NCBI GenBank assembly: GCA_964016885.1
Contig: OZ024740.1
Span: 77,562,001 to 77,626,000, forward strand
DNA: 64,000 nt
DNA from: Eledone cirrhosa
Taxonomy: Eukaryota
Direction of reading: 5' to 3'
The notes below the pieces were generated by a model. That model was not told the origin of the DNA and made no database searches. It worked only from the letters and a program-made list of their open reading frames with translations. Positions 11,212-24,524 of this stretch are shown here, one piece after another; the stretch's first letter is position 1; each line of letters begins with the position of its first letter. The translations under genes were made by a program, and so were the position numbers.

Positions 11212-11258
11212 AAGTATGACCCCGACGGCAGAGCTCAAGCCGTTTCGACGGCTATTTC
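11207..11258 (-). ncRNA. 3' half of hammerhead (pLTR scrap)
   Basis: GAAACGGC-ttgagctct-GCCGT-C. A related half lies at ~29340-29400 (GAAACGGCaagagctcaGCCGTC). Confidence 0.5.
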
Positions 11259-11284
11259 TCTCTCTCTCTCCCTCTCTCTCTCCC

Positions 11285-11355
<71 letters not shown>

Positions 11356-11395
11356 GATATTAAATAAATGGAAACTATATTTATAAAACCATATT

Positions 11396-11461
11396 TATTT
11401 CATTATATATATTTCAGGGATATCATATTAACAATATGCTATGCCTTCCTCAGACAAAATA
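11396..11461 (-). ncRNA. Type I hammerhead in 3' pLTR
   Basis: Same sequence as 15781-15846. Confidence 0.8.
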
Positions 11462-12316
11462 CAATATAAACAGTTTTATAGATAAATAGATTTGACATAC
11501 CGTACAACATCGACTTGTATTTGAAAAGTTGAATTGGCAGTGAAAAAATTGTAAACAGAAAGAAAGAAAGAGAGAAAAAAGGAAAGAAAGACAGAAAACG
11601 AAGAAAAAGAAGAAAAAGAAGAAATGCATGGAACAAAATAGAGAGATGGAAAGATAGATAAAGAGAAGAACTTCATGTAAAGAAACAGAGAGAGATATAT
11701 ATAGAGAGAGGAAATAGATAGAGATAGATATATATATATAGAAAAATATGTAGTTGGACATCCGTTGAGTAAACGTATCAATGATACATTTATTTATTTA
11801 TTTATTTATTTATTTAGCTCTAGTATTAATGTAAGGGAGATATATGTGGTTAGGAGAGAAACCAGCTGTTATATAGAGAGAAAAATGAAAAGTAACCAGA
11901 CATAGGCGAGGCATAAAAACCCTATGTTTTAATGTAGAAGTATTAATATGTATAAAAACCAGGCACTATATTGAAAATATCAGTATTCCTGAATGAGACA
12001 CGTATCCATAATGTGTGAAAAGTAATGATCTTATGTTTAGTTTTAAAAAATTCATATGTTTATATGATAACTACAAACATCGATGTGAATTTACATGATC
12101 AACTCTGCAAACCCTAAGTTCACACGGAAAACATTCTCATTGTGCTATAAAAATTTAAGTATACACATATGTGTATATATATACACATATATATATAGAG
12201 TCTATATTACTACTATTCTTGTCTTTACTCTACAAGATTATCTATCAAGCAGAAATAGAGAGCAGATTTCAATATATTAATAAAAAATATATCAGAAACA
12301 AAAACCAAAAAACAAC

Positions 12317-12349
<33 letters not shown>

Positions 12350-12839
12350 ATAATAAAATAGAAAACTAAAAAATATTACGAAAAAATATTACATATTAAA
12401 AATATTAAAAATAATTACATATTAAAAATATTAAAAATATAACATATTAAAAATAAAAATATTAGAAAATACTACAATAATAAAAATAAACCACAAAGAT
12501 CAACCCTTCAAAATTAATTGACAATATATTGCCAAGTTCATTATAAGCATCAGAGTCGAAAACAGATAAAGCTAAAAATTATTTATCAAATCGCATCTAG
12601 CAAAAATCATTTCAAAAAGTTTAGGATGCCCATTTGGTCTACATGTGTTCTTATATTTAATATAGAAGTTTATCTAGTGTAACGTTTATTCGAAATATTT
12701 GGAGCATCAACTTTTAGGGTAGTTTAATTTTCCATGAAGAATGTTTAAATAAAAATAAAAATAAAAAGAAGAATAAAAAGAAGAAATCGAAAGATTTATC
12801 GGCTAGTTTCCCAAATAATTATAAATCAAACTAAATATA

Positions 12840-15043
12840 CTACATTTTAAATTTAAATTTATATTTAAAAGTTGAGTTTAATCTATGTTTGCAGCAACTG
12901 AATAAATTTGTCCGTAGATTAAGGGAATTTTTAGATTTTAGTATAAAGAATATCTCCTCTGCGCAGAGGTCACATGTCTCAGAGGATGAATTAAAAGGAA
13001 TCCCTCTTGAGACTATATTCCAAGCCGTCGAATATCTAACGTTATCTAGCTTAAGTTGCCAGAGTACGCCTGATAGTGCCGTTGAAGATTTTTTGCTTGG
13101 ATCTGTGAAAGAATTCTTGTGGTTATTATAGCGAAGTTTAAATTCCGTCGATGTGGAACCGACGTAGTTAAAAGAATTAGAATCAGTTTTAACATTACAA
13201 TTGTATACTATATTTTTAACTAAGCAGTTGTTATTTAACGGACATTTAGATCTATCTCCACAGTTACATTTGTTAACTTGTATATTATTTATGCTATTAT
13301 CACTAGGTTTTAAGTTCCTATTATTTATTCTATTAATATTTTGTGCTAAATTTTTGGTGGATGAGTAGGTTAATTTTATAGTATGTCTATTGAAAATTGA
13401 GTGATACCTATGTGTTCTAGGGAAGCGATTATCAAGAGCTTTAAAAAATAGTTTAGCGATGTGGGTTTTAATGTTTAGTGAGAAAGGGGGGGCAAACCAA
13501 ATTATGTTCCTAGTTCTATTTCTTTTTTGGCCCTTGGAATTATTGTAATGCTTTCTATTATAGTTGTTAAGGTTGTTGCCGTAATTAAAATAGTTGTTAT
13601 TTTGTTTAGTTTGTCTATCATTATCTATGTACATAATCTTATCAGTATATCCTGCTCTAGCTAACGCTTCATTGTAGTACTGGGCTTTTTCGTCGAAAAT
13701 CTTTCTATTAGACGAGATTCTAGAGATACGTTTTTGAACAGAGTTTACTATAGTGTTTTTGACAGATCTGAGTTAAAGCTGACATAGTTTAAGTTTTCAT
13801 TCAACTTGTGAAAAGGATAGTGAAGACATGTGTTGAGATTTAATGTTATATCTAGGAAATTGACTATTCTATGGTTGTTCTCAATTTCTATTTTAAGATT
13901 AAAGTAATTAAAAAATTGTGTAATTTGTTTACATTTTCTATTTAGTTCAGAGTTATTATTATCAATAAGTAAAAGCATGTCATCTCTATATAAACCTCCG
14001 GTAGTACCAGGTATTTTCCTATGTAGCGAATTGATTAAAAATAAGCCCACAAGGTCAGTTACCTGAGCTGAGTCGGATGATCCCATAGTAATGTCAAAAT
14101 TGCTATCTCTATCTGCTCTGGTCCATAGTTGATCATTAAATTCTATCAATGTTTTCCTAGCCGATAATATAATATGCATTTCATTGCTAGTTAGGTCTGT
14201 ATGTTTGAATGCGTAATTTAGTGCCTTATTTAGTAGATTAGGGGTAATAGAAGAATAATAGTTAGCAATATCAAGTTGAATAAACTTATTATTATTGTTA
14301 TATTTAATTTGCTTAAACCACTCAACAACCTCTCCAGTTCCCTTCCACAAGCTCAGGTTAGATAAACAATCCAAGTTCTTAATTTGCTGTATCACCCTGT
14401 CAAGAATGTTTTTGCTTAATTTGCCCAGGTCCGATTTTGATGGTGCGATCAATCTAACTGGCAAGTCATTTTCAAAATTCCTCTTGTGATCTTTCATATT
14501 GATCTTCGGTTTCCTGGGCACGAAAGGTTGTGTTCTGTTCTCAATTTCTAACTCGTGCATTATACAAGATGCTTCGACATTCATTTTCTCAAGCTCGGCC
14601 TTATCTGCTACCTTGTACTTTTTCCTCAGTTCCTTCAGTATGAGGCCATTATACATGTCTTTCTGCACTCCATAGAGGTTGTTGGTCTTGTCAGATTTCA
14701 CCAAGATCTTCTCAGTTTTCTCTAAGCTCTCAATATTATCCTTAATGGCTTTCAGATATTCCTGGCCTTTGAAGTTTCTCTTGAATTTGACCCCTTGTAT
14801 GATAGAAATTATATCGTTTTCAAAGTCAGATAAAAGTTTGTTAGGGGGTGGATTTCTTTTAGATTTGAAAACTTTGTTTAAGTCCGAGACATTTTCATTT
14901 ATATTAGATTTATCAAAGTGGAATGCTCGCCACCTGATTCTCCTTATAAAAGAGTCAGATTTATCTATTAATTGTTTTATAAAGTCTTTGTTTCTAGGTA
15001 GAGGTATGTCTTTTAAAGAGGAAGTAATCTTAAAGAATTCCAT
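12840..15043 (-). pseudogene. PLE reverse transcriptase / GIY-YIG polyprotein with one frameshift near 13765
   Basis: 13748-15043: KSDKT, KDHK, RLIAPSKS, QLDIANYYSSI, ITMGSSDSAQVTDLVG, GLYRDD, NFLDITL. The shifted frame continues VKNTIVNSVQKRISRISS..YNEALARAGY into 12840-13634: IIWFAPPFS, CNC..CPLNNNC, IVY..YVGST, R..NH, CDLC..E, CKH. Confidence 0.93.
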
Positions 15044-15221
15044 TTTTTCAGTTATAATATAAAGCGCTCAACAGTATTGGAGCAAGATACATGGAAAGTT
15101 ATATTTAAATTGTTGGGTTACAATTAGTAAATATTAATAACTGATATAAAAGCACTCGACAAGTATTTGGAGTATATTTACGATATTAAATAAATGGAAA
15201 CTATATTTATAAAACCATATT

Positions 15222-15287
15222 TATTTCATTATATATATTTCAGGGATATCATATTAACAATATGCTATGCCTTCCTCAGACAAAATA
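15222..15287 (-). ncRNA. Type I hammerhead in 5' pLTR
   Basis: Same sequence as 15781-15846. Confidence 0.8.
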
Positions 15288-15780
15288 CAATATAAACAGT
15301 TTTATAGATAAATAGATTTGACATACCGTACAACATCGACTTGTATTTGAAAAGTTGAATTGGCAGTGAAAAAATTGTAAACAGAAAGAAAGAAAGAGAG
15401 AAAAAAGGAAAGAAAGACAGAAAACGAAGAAAAAGAAGAAAAAGAAGAAATGCATGGAACAAAATAGAGAGATGGAAAGATAGATAAAGAGAAGAACTTC
15501 ATGTAAAGAAACAGAGAGAGATATATATAGAGAGAGGAAATAGATAGAGATAGATATATATATAGAAAAATATGTAGTTGGACATCCGTTGAGTAAACGT
15601 ATCAATGATACATTTATTTATTTATTTATTTATTTAGCTCTAGTATTAATGTAAGGGAGATATATGTGGTTAGGAGAGAAACCAGCTGTTATATATTTTC
15701 ACTGCCAATTCAACTTTTCAAATACAAGTCGATGTTGTACGGTATGTCAAATCTATTTATCTATAAAACTGTTTATATTG

Positions 15781-15846
15781 TATTTTGTCTGAGGAAGGCA
15801 TAGCATATTGTTAATATGATATCCCTGAAATATATATAATGAAATA
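15781..15846 (+). ncRNA. Type I hammerhead in inverted pLTR
   Basis: TATTTTGT-CTGAGGA-AGG..CATATT gtt AATATG..CCT-GAAA-TATATAT-A-ATGAAATA. Stem I has two G-U pairs. Confidence 0.8.
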
Positions 15847-15973
15847 AATATGGTTTTATAAATATAGTTTCCATTTATTTAATATCGTAAATATACTCCA
15901 AATACTTGTCGAGTGCTTTTATATCAGTTATTAATATTTACTAGTTGTAACCCAACAATTTAAATATAACTTT

Positions 15974-16011
<38 letters not shown>

Positions 16012-16157
16012 CGAGCTTTTCTGCTATGGTCAATATTTAGAAGGAATCTTCTCAGTTCCTAAGTAAGTAATCATATTTCATTCACTTTTTCCTGTTTTAT
16101 AAATCTTACTATTTCATTTATTATTGTTACTCGTAAGAACATCATTTAAACTAGACA

Positions 16158-16452
<295 letters not shown>

Positions 16453-16684
16453 CAAAGGTAGAACTATAAAAACAATTCTCCAATAAAAATAGAGAATGTA
16501 ATTGCCAGTTTTTTTTAATAAGAAATAGCTCAATGCGGTTATATAATATATAGAAGTTTCAAGAAGAAAAGACATCCCTGCTAAAGGTAAAGTCGATGTT
16601 TCATTGTAAAGTTTATAGCTCTCTGGTGAGAAGGAATATGATTCTATAGCTATATGTCTAGGCGAGAAGGTTTACTAACATTTC

Positions 16685-16788
16685 GAAGAGAGGAAGTCGT
16701 ATATCCTTCGAAACATATAACATATGTAAGAGGATAAATATGGTTTTGGGATGAAAGAAGTAACTTTTTTTTTCCATTAATACTCTTG

Positions 16789-16791
<3 letters not shown>
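16685..16791 (+). mobile_element. pLTR scrap with hammerhead 3' half, ending in (TA)n
   Basis: GAAACATAT-aac-ATATGT-A-agagg. No CUGANGA upstream. Confidence 0.4.
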
Positions 16792-16861
<70 letters not shown>

Positions 16862-16921
16862 CGAAGGAGTTGTGGTAAGGAACAAGATGGACCATAACGC
16901 ACCAGATCTATTATATATATA

Positions 16922-17290
16922 TGTAGAGGCACAGAACGGAAACCTGTTGATAAACTGAATCCACTGTTCGATTATCCAAAACCAAAATCAACAATTCCAC
17001 TTGCGCAGTATGCGCAAGTGGAATTGTTGATTTCGAATTCATAGAAACCTGTCGGAGATATTGCATAATATCGATGAGATGGTCCAGGTTTGTCAAAATA
17101 TCCTGAGTTGATTTTCTCGTTGCTTTGGTTCATCTGGCCAGCTCACCGGTCGCAGTCTTCAATTTGTCATGCTTTCTAATGTATGTTATTACTCTAAGGT
17201 AAAACCTTATCGAGTGGTTTGCTGCATATTCCGGATTGTATATCGTTAGCTTGGCCACAGCCAAAACTTCAATTTTACTGAACTTCCATT

Positions 17291-17292
<2 letters not shown>
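16922..17292 (+). mobile_element. Unassigned insert between (TA)n tracts with a perfect 23-bp hairpin; probable PLE fragment
   Basis: AAATCAACAATTCCACTTGCGCA-gta-TGCGCAAGTGGAATTGTTGATTT at 16985-17033. TCGAGTGG motif at 17210. Confidence 0.4.
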
Positions 17293-17331
<39 letters not shown>

Positions 17332-17550
17332 ATAATAATAAATTTGAAGACTAAAATCCAAAGAGGGTTCGATAAGGACAAATATATATCAGATATATAA
17401 GAACCATTTATTAAAATAACAGATTAAAGTTTAAGCAAAGAATCGCTGCTTTCACCCTTAACGGGATCTTCTGAAACTAAAAAAGTCAATCTGTGAACGC
17501 AGAAGTAAATATTTCAAAAACGTTGCAACCAAAGGAAGACAGGAAGACGA

Positions 17551-17830
17551 TACTTTGGTTCGTGGAAACGTTCCCAGGCAAAGAACGGGAAAAAACGAAG
17601 ATAATACGTCATTATTTGGTGCGGTGAAAACAGTTACACGCAAAGACAAAACTACGTTTATAGTATAAATGAAGTCGTAGACTAATATTGTATTAGGTGG
17701 TTCATGGAGACGTTCTCTGGCAATGAACGGAAAAAACGAAGATAATACGTCATTATGTGAAGCGGTGAGAACAATTACACCAAAGACAAAACCACGTAAA
17801 TGGTATAATTGAAGTCGTAGACTAAAATTC
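17551..17830. repeat. Two diverged ~140-bp tandem copies within the PLE 3' UTR
   Basis: GAAAAAACGAAGATAATACGTCATTAT and GAAGTCGTAGACTAA each occur twice, ~141 bp apart. Confidence 0.85.
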
Positions 17831-18859
17831 GATTTAGGAAACCGAATGATTCTCGGCTTCAGAGTTAAGAATAAAGTAAATTAAATACAGAGGTAATTGA
17901 AATTAAATATATACACGCATCCATATACGTACATACACAAGCATACGCGAAAACACTCGCCATAGGTATGAAAATACAAGCACGTACACAAAAAAACACG
18001 CACCCACATACAGAACCCACGCAACGCCATTACCCGCACACATACGAACGTATACACCAAATACACATAAAAATATATATTAAAAAATATATATATATAC
18101 ATATGTGTGTGTGTGTGTGCGTGTATACATAATTAAATAAACGTTTATAATTATACACACGTAATTACGTATATAACAAGCGCACACACATACCTACATG
18201 TAAATACACATAAGTTCGCAGACGTACGTCAACCAAAACACAAAGTACACATATACACACCCTCACATACGTACGAACCCGCATACTCACACAGACGCAA
18301 AACTCACGTATATACATAACCAAATGCACATGTACCAGTATATATACAATACATACGCCATAACATATACAAGCAAATATACTTACGAGAAAGTATACGT
18401 ACAAAACATACAGGTAAAATATACTTACCTATGCAAATAAGTAATGATATAAACATAACATATACTTAGCTACCACACCAAGACGTAAAATATCCGCGTA
18501 TAGTTCTTACTATCCGTTAGGATATAATGTGGAGCTGTAATACATGAAAGTTTTGTGCAATTATGTTTACAAGCCGAAATTGCCTCAGATTTTTTGTTTA
18601 AGATGTTGTCTTTGGCGTAGAGAATTTCCAAGGCCTCAGCGGCGCAGAGGTCACATGGTCTTTTATTTCCGTTATACGATCTAGCCCTAGCTAGGATCTC
18701 CCAGTGTAACTTATATTGGATGTGGTTGTCTTTTAGACTCCAGGTATAAGCTAAAAGTGACGTCATATTCCTTCTTAAAGGGTTAAAAAAAGAATGTGTA
18801 TGCATGTAAAGACGCTGCTTGAATCTATTTTACTTCTGCGTTCACAGATTGACTTTTTT

Positions 18860-18910
18860 AGTTTCAGAAGATCCCGTTAAGGATGAAAGCAGCGATTCTT
18901 TGCTTAAACT
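18860..18910 (+). ncRNA. Hammerhead-like motif with non-canonical core CAGAAGA (further copies 17428-17478 -, 27922-27972 -, 27976-28026 +)
   Basis: AGTTT-CAGAAGA-tCCCgttaaGG(G/A)t-GAAA-GCA gcgattctt TGC-T-T-AAACT. Confidence 0.55.
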
Positions 18911-18939
18911 TTAATCCGTTATTTTAATAAATATATATA

Positions 18940-19136
18940 TAATAAACTCGGCCAAATTAAGGGATGACAATGAACGAAAAAAAGGCAAAACGAAGGAGAA
19001 ACTTTTTTTTTTCAAATAAAAATTGAAACCAAAGACACAGAACTCGAAGGTTTTAAGTCCTCGAGATGGACTTCTGGCAGTTTCGACCCCTTCTGACGGT
19101 ACTGCTGAGCAATTCGTGTTCACAGAGTCTGTCAAT

Positions 19137-19140
<4 letters not shown>
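18940..19140 (-). mobile_element. pLTR scrap between TA tracts
   Basis: Minus strand GAAACT-gccaga-AGT-C, then a TCGAGTTC motif and a T-rich tail. Confidence 0.35.
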
Positions 19141-19182
<42 letters not shown>

Positions 19183-19185
<3 letters not shown>

Positions 19186-21919
19186 CAGCATTAACATAGA
19201 AAGTCTTAACATAGTAAAAGAAACTTAAAATATCCGATAGAACCGAGCCTCTTACACCTTGGGAACCCACTTTTAATCTGAAAGATCATAAATGTAACTT
19301 CGAAACCAACCCTACTATTAGATTGATATGTCCTTCAAAATCAGATATAGGTAGAATTAGTAACTTTATACTAGATAGAATATTACCACAAATTAAGAAA
19401 CAACTAACTATCAAGCTCTGGGGTAACACAAGTGAAGCAATAGACTGGTTCAACTCATTAGACAATAAAGAATCGTCCGACTTTATACAATTTAACATAA
19501 ATGACTACTACTCTTCTATCTCCCCAGTCACCCTCAATAAGGCATTATCCTTTGCCCAAAATCATTCGGATATTTCAGCAGATGGAATTAAAATAATACT
19601 AGCCGCTAGACGAACTATCATTAAATTCGACAACAGCTACTGGGAGCGAAAAAATAGACTGAATAACTTCGATAATACTATGGGATCGAACGACTCAGCC
19701 CAGATCAAAGACTTAGTTGGAATTTATATAGCATATTTCTTACATAGGGAATTTGGTAGCTTACAAGGTGGAATCAATAGAGATGATACTCTACTTTTAG
19801 CTAGAAACGTAAATTAGAAAGATTAAGGAAGAAGATTAGAAAATTCTTTAATGCCTTAGCATTACTTTTGAACCCAACTCTAAAAAAGTCAACTTCTTGG
19901 ACGTATCGTTTAACCTTAACTAAGGACTAATAGAACCCTTCCATAAAAATAATGAAAATTTAGCTTACATTGACTATGACTCGAACCATCCAAGATACAT
20001 AATTAACTCCATAGCGCATAGTATATCCCTTAGAATCTCGCGCCTATCCTCTAACCACGAAATGTTTAATGAACACGCTAGCTACTACAACTTAGCTTTA
20101 CTTAAGGCAGGCCATAAAGAACGACTCAAATACATACCTGATACAAAAAATAACAACACACTTAATGTTAACGATACTTCCCACAACCATAGAATCAACA
20201 AACCTAGGTCTAAACGCATAAATAGGCAGCATATACCTAATTTTAATAAACAAAATGCTAATACTAATACCACTAGCGGACATAGAAGATACAGAAATAG
20301 AAACTACTTATGGTTTAATCCAATGTTTAACTCCTCTATTAAAACTAAGCTTCCTCTCACTTTCTTTAAATTAGTTGACAAGCACTTCCCTAAAACACAT
20401 AAATATAATAAAATGTTTAATAGAAATACTATCAAACTATCATACTCCACTGCTAACAGCATAGAATCGCACATTCACAAAATTAACTACATAAGAATTC
20501 ATAATCAAAGTAGCCCCCATATAAGTTCCATATCACCAAATACAGAACACACACATATTACATCATCGCAACCAAATACACGCCAAAGAACACCACCACA
20601 ATACACCAACAAACCTAATACGCAGCCCATACATAACAATCTTCAAAATCATATAGTAGAACCGGCACATAGGAAAGCATTTCTATGCAATTGCCACTTA
20701 CCCGACAATTGCCCTCTACTAAACAGATGCCTTGAGAAAAACGTAGTATACTTGTGTACTACCAACTCAGGTAACTTGGCATGGTATTACATTGGTTCCA
20801 CAGTTGGTGTTTTCAAAAAACGGTGGTACGTGCACAGACATTCTATGATTAATAAGAATCAATCAAATACAACTCTTGTCAATAAAATATGGCAACTCAA
20901 GAATGCAGGCATTAAACACGAGATCAGCTGGAAAATACTGTCAACTGCGAAGGCCTATCAAACTGGTATGTCCCATTGTAGGCTCTGTAATATGGAGCTC
21001 TTCTTAATTTTAGTAAAACCCTTCGAATTGAGCGAACTATCTTTTGCCGGCATAAATCAGCAACGAAGTTCCTGAACTTTAGATCAACTTAACTCCATTT
21101 TTCTACTCCTTATTCCTTTTTATACTTTTAGCACCTATTACGATATCAAATTATCACAAACTTCATAATTACGTAAGAATAACCTAAAAGCATTTGTATT
21201 AACATCATTATTTTTATTTGTATTTGTATTTACATCATTTATTATCTTATATATATACACCTTTCACCATTTGTCTTTGTATTTCTCCACTTAAACATAT
21301 TTTATCTCGATCATTTTATCCTATAATACATCTCAAACTAGCTATTTTACATAGTAATGTATATTCTTCCGTATGTTTATATTATTTTCTCTCTTCTTCA
21401 TATACTCATATTCATGATTAATTTCTATCCCCCTCTGCTTCCTCATCCCTCTTAATCTTCCTCTATTTCTTTCTCATCTTCCTTACTTATCCTTCCTCTT
21501 TGCCTATGCTATATCCCCCTCTTCTCTCTTTCTATATATATCTTTATTATTATTAATATTATATTTATTTTGATGTGATAGTTTGATTTCGTAACTTTTC
21601 CGGTTATACATTTAACTATATCTTCGTTCCTTCTTTCGTCATTTTCTTTCTTTCTCTCTCATTTCCATCTGTTCCCCTTCCTTTATTTATTTATCATTAA
21701 CACTATTATTGATGTAGTAATTTGAATTTTTAAGTTTACCGTTACGCATATATTTTATATTTCTTAATAGTTTCTGATGAAATGATTGAAGTTAGATGTA
21801 TTGTAAATTGAGTTATACTGTCTCCAGTATTTATCAATTTATAGACAATTCTGTCATGGAAACAATTGTAAGACTGTAAATAAATATCCCTGTTTGTACT
21901 GTCAACCATGTTATTCTTC

Positions 21920-21922
<3 letters not shown>
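19183..21922 (+). mobile_element. 5'-truncated, decayed Naiad-like PLE (RT, Asn-rich linker, GIY-YIG, 3' UTR, pLTR)
   Basis: LKDHK..RLICPSKSDIG, QFNINDYYSSI, TMGSNDSAQIKDLVG, GINRDD. ORF 20062-21075 has YLWFNPMF, CNC..CPLLNRC, VVY..YIGST, CRLC. Several frameshifts. Both ends in (TA)n. Confidence 0.92.
21767..21877 (+). ncRNA. Type I hammerhead with ~78-nt extended stem II
   Basis: ATAGTTT-CTGATGA-[ATGA..TGTAAATTGA..ATACTG tctc CAGTAT..TCAATTTATA..TCAT]-GAAA-CAATTG-T-A-AGACTGT. Confidence 0.78.
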
Positions 21923-21992
<70 letters not shown>

Positions 21993-22139
21993 ATATATAT
22001 ATATATATATATATAAGTGTATGGGGGGTATGTGTGCGTACGTGCGCGTGTGTGCGTGTGTGTGCATCCATAATCCATACATAAATCATATATATTTAGC
22101 ACTGATTACTAAAATACCCAATGAACAGTTTAAAATAAT

Positions 22140-22265
22140 ATTTTCTGATTTAGGCACAAGGCCCCAGTGCGTATCTGTACTTTATTTTATTGATCCCATA
22201 AGGTTGAAAAGCAGAACGTAAAGGGCTGTAACTCTATGCTGCATAACATGTTGTCCGATGCTCTA
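22140..22265 (-). mobile_element. SINE, degraded copy of the main tRNA-headed family
   Basis: TTTAGGCACAAGGCC..TACTTTATTTTATTGATCCC..AAGG. Matches 24344 and 31321. Confidence 0.7.
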
Positions 22266-22923
22266 CATTTTACATCTAGTCTGGGCTTAATGCCATCTTT
22301 AAACGTCTAAATTGTATGTCTGGACTGGGCTTATCACCAGCTTTGCATGAGACTGACTGTCATTACATTGGTTTAAATTCCTATATGCGCCCATTGATAA
22401 GACTCAGTATTTCTTAACTATATTAAATATATCCTATAATCCTTGCTTAAGTTATAAAAAGGCACGCCCCAAACATATTCAAACCAACCTGAAATGCAGG
22501 GTGGAGTATCTACATAAAGTTAAACCAATTAACGATTTGGGGTAAAATAAATACAATATATTAGGGATTTTCTGGGAAATTCGTTTGTTTTTCGGTAATT
22601 ATAAATGTAGGGGGAGTTCTGCACATAGGACTATGGAGAGGCTACGATGGTTTATTAGAAGGTGGAAACTTGAACTAGATTACGCTAGTTCAGAGACACA
22701 GATAACGTTGCACTAAACAATAAAACGAGGGTATATTTGAAGAGCTGACCCTTTACATCATTATACATGAGTCTATGCATCTAGTTAAATTATAAGGGAT
22801 GTTTTAAATTGAATTAAATGCATACCAATTTCCTTATTTAACATCATGTTTGATTCAGCCAACTTCAAAACCCCATTTCCTGTCTCTGTCATTACTGTAC
22901 TTTAATTAATGTCACGATGACTT

Positions 22924-23152
<229 letters not shown>

Positions 23153-23442
23153 AGAGACATAATTACCATTTCAAGGGTACAAAGGCTCCAGGATGTGGCA
23201 GATGGTCCCGCTTAAAAAACGAAAAGTCTTCATCAAGAACTTCATTGCCACCAGCGAACAGAAAATGTCATGTTGACCTTTCTTACGGATCACAACGTAG
23301 AATTTCATGAATTGAGTATTTCAGGAGTTACCTCAGGTGTGCCCCTATTTAATTATGCCAATATTATTGAATTTCCTTGACTCGTAGGTATACACGCACA
23401 CACAATCACGTACACACCCATATATACATACATATATATATA

Positions 23443-23541
23443 AAGGGTGTCCCAAAAAATGTATACACACTTCAACAGCATTCTAATAGATATTACTTGT
23501 ACAGGTAACCAAAATGGGTATACATTTTTCGGGACACCGTG
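23443..23541. mobile_element. Tc1/mariner-type MITE (~100 bp)
   Basis: TA|AAGGGTGTCCCAAAAAATGTATAC ... GTATACATTTTTCGGGACACCGTG|TA. Confidence 0.75.
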
Positions 23542-23896
23542 TATATTTATATACATATACATGTAGCTGTATATATATGTGTGTGTGTGTATGTGTGTGT
23601 GTGTATGTGTGTGTGTGTCTGTGTCTGTGTGTTTGCGTGTGTGTGTGCGTGTTTGTGTAAATGATTATAATGGATTATTCCACTATAATTTTGGTAAGGT
23701 GTGAAAAGCTCAATGCGAGCTTAAAGTCACTAGGTAAGGAGTTCAAAACAATAGAAATAGTCTTCTGAAGGTTAGAGTTCTTGTTGTTGAGGACAGCGAG
23801 GGTAGCAGAGCAATAATATTTAAAGTGAAGAGAAACAAGATTGTTAAAGATGAATTTAATTGAAAAACCTTGTTTCTCTGCAATTTAAATACATAC

Positions 23897-23980
<84 letters not shown>

Positions 23981-24343
23981 TAGATAGATAGGTAGATTGA
24001 ATGATTAAAAAAAAAAGACGGAATATGGTAAAAATTATACTTACTCATTTGACATTCATGAGAAGTGAAAAATATTGATGATGTTTCGCGTTAGGTTTTT
24101 CTTTGGAAATTATGAAAAGAATGGAGGAAAGGACGAAAAGATGGTGAGAAAATTTTGAAAAAAAAAATTTGAAGCGGCTCATCATATTTGGAGAATATTG
24201 TCACCAACAGGAAGTGAGGGGACAGCCAAATCTAGTGTTCAGTGACCAGAGAGCGAATGAGAAGACTGATCGTGTATATGTGTATTAGTATATTTGTGTT
24301 GATTGTATATGTGTATGTGAACGTGTTTCTGTAGATATAATTG

Positions 24344-24524
24344 TTTCTACTTTAGGCACGAGGCCAGCAATTATCCCAGTGCATTACTGATACTTTATTT
24401 TATCGACCCCGTAAGGATGAAAGGAAAAGTTAACCTCGGTGGGATTTGAACTCAGATCATAAAAGGGCGTAACTCTATGCTACAAAGCATGGCGTCCGAT
24501 CCTCTACCGATACTGCCAATCCAC
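24344..24524 (-). mobile_element. tRNA-derived SINE (main family)
   Basis: Reverse complement has A-box-like TGGCAGTATCGG, B-box GAGTTCAAATCCC and central CCTTTCATCCTTACGGGGTCGATAAAAT. Confidence 0.88.

Larger units (their letters stand above)
11355..15976 (-). mobile_element. Near-complete Naiad-like PLE: inverted partial pLTR (15696-15976), 5' pLTR (15181-15695), RT-GIY-YIG ORF, ~1-kb 3' UTR, 3' pLTR (11355-11875)
   Basis: Direct repeats of ~515 bp are near-identical. 15696-15976 is the reverse complement of ~15091-15371. Both ends abut (TA)n. Confidence 0.95.
17328..18935 (-). mobile_element. 5'-truncated Naiad-like PLE (GIY-YIG C-terminus, long 3' UTR, pLTR) with inverted pLTR fragment 18826-18935
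   Basis: RFKQRLYMHTHSF..TSL..YTWSLK..WEIL..CDLCAAE..LNKKSE..CKH (18470-18825). 18826-18935 is the reverse complement of ~17406-17511. Both ends in (TA)n. Confidence 0.88.

Noticed and set aside
11355-15695. LTR retrotransposon (515-bp direct repeats)
   Set aside because: No TG..CA ends, PBS, gag, protease or integrase. The RT plus GIY-YIG ORF and hammerheads identify PLE pseudo-LTRs.
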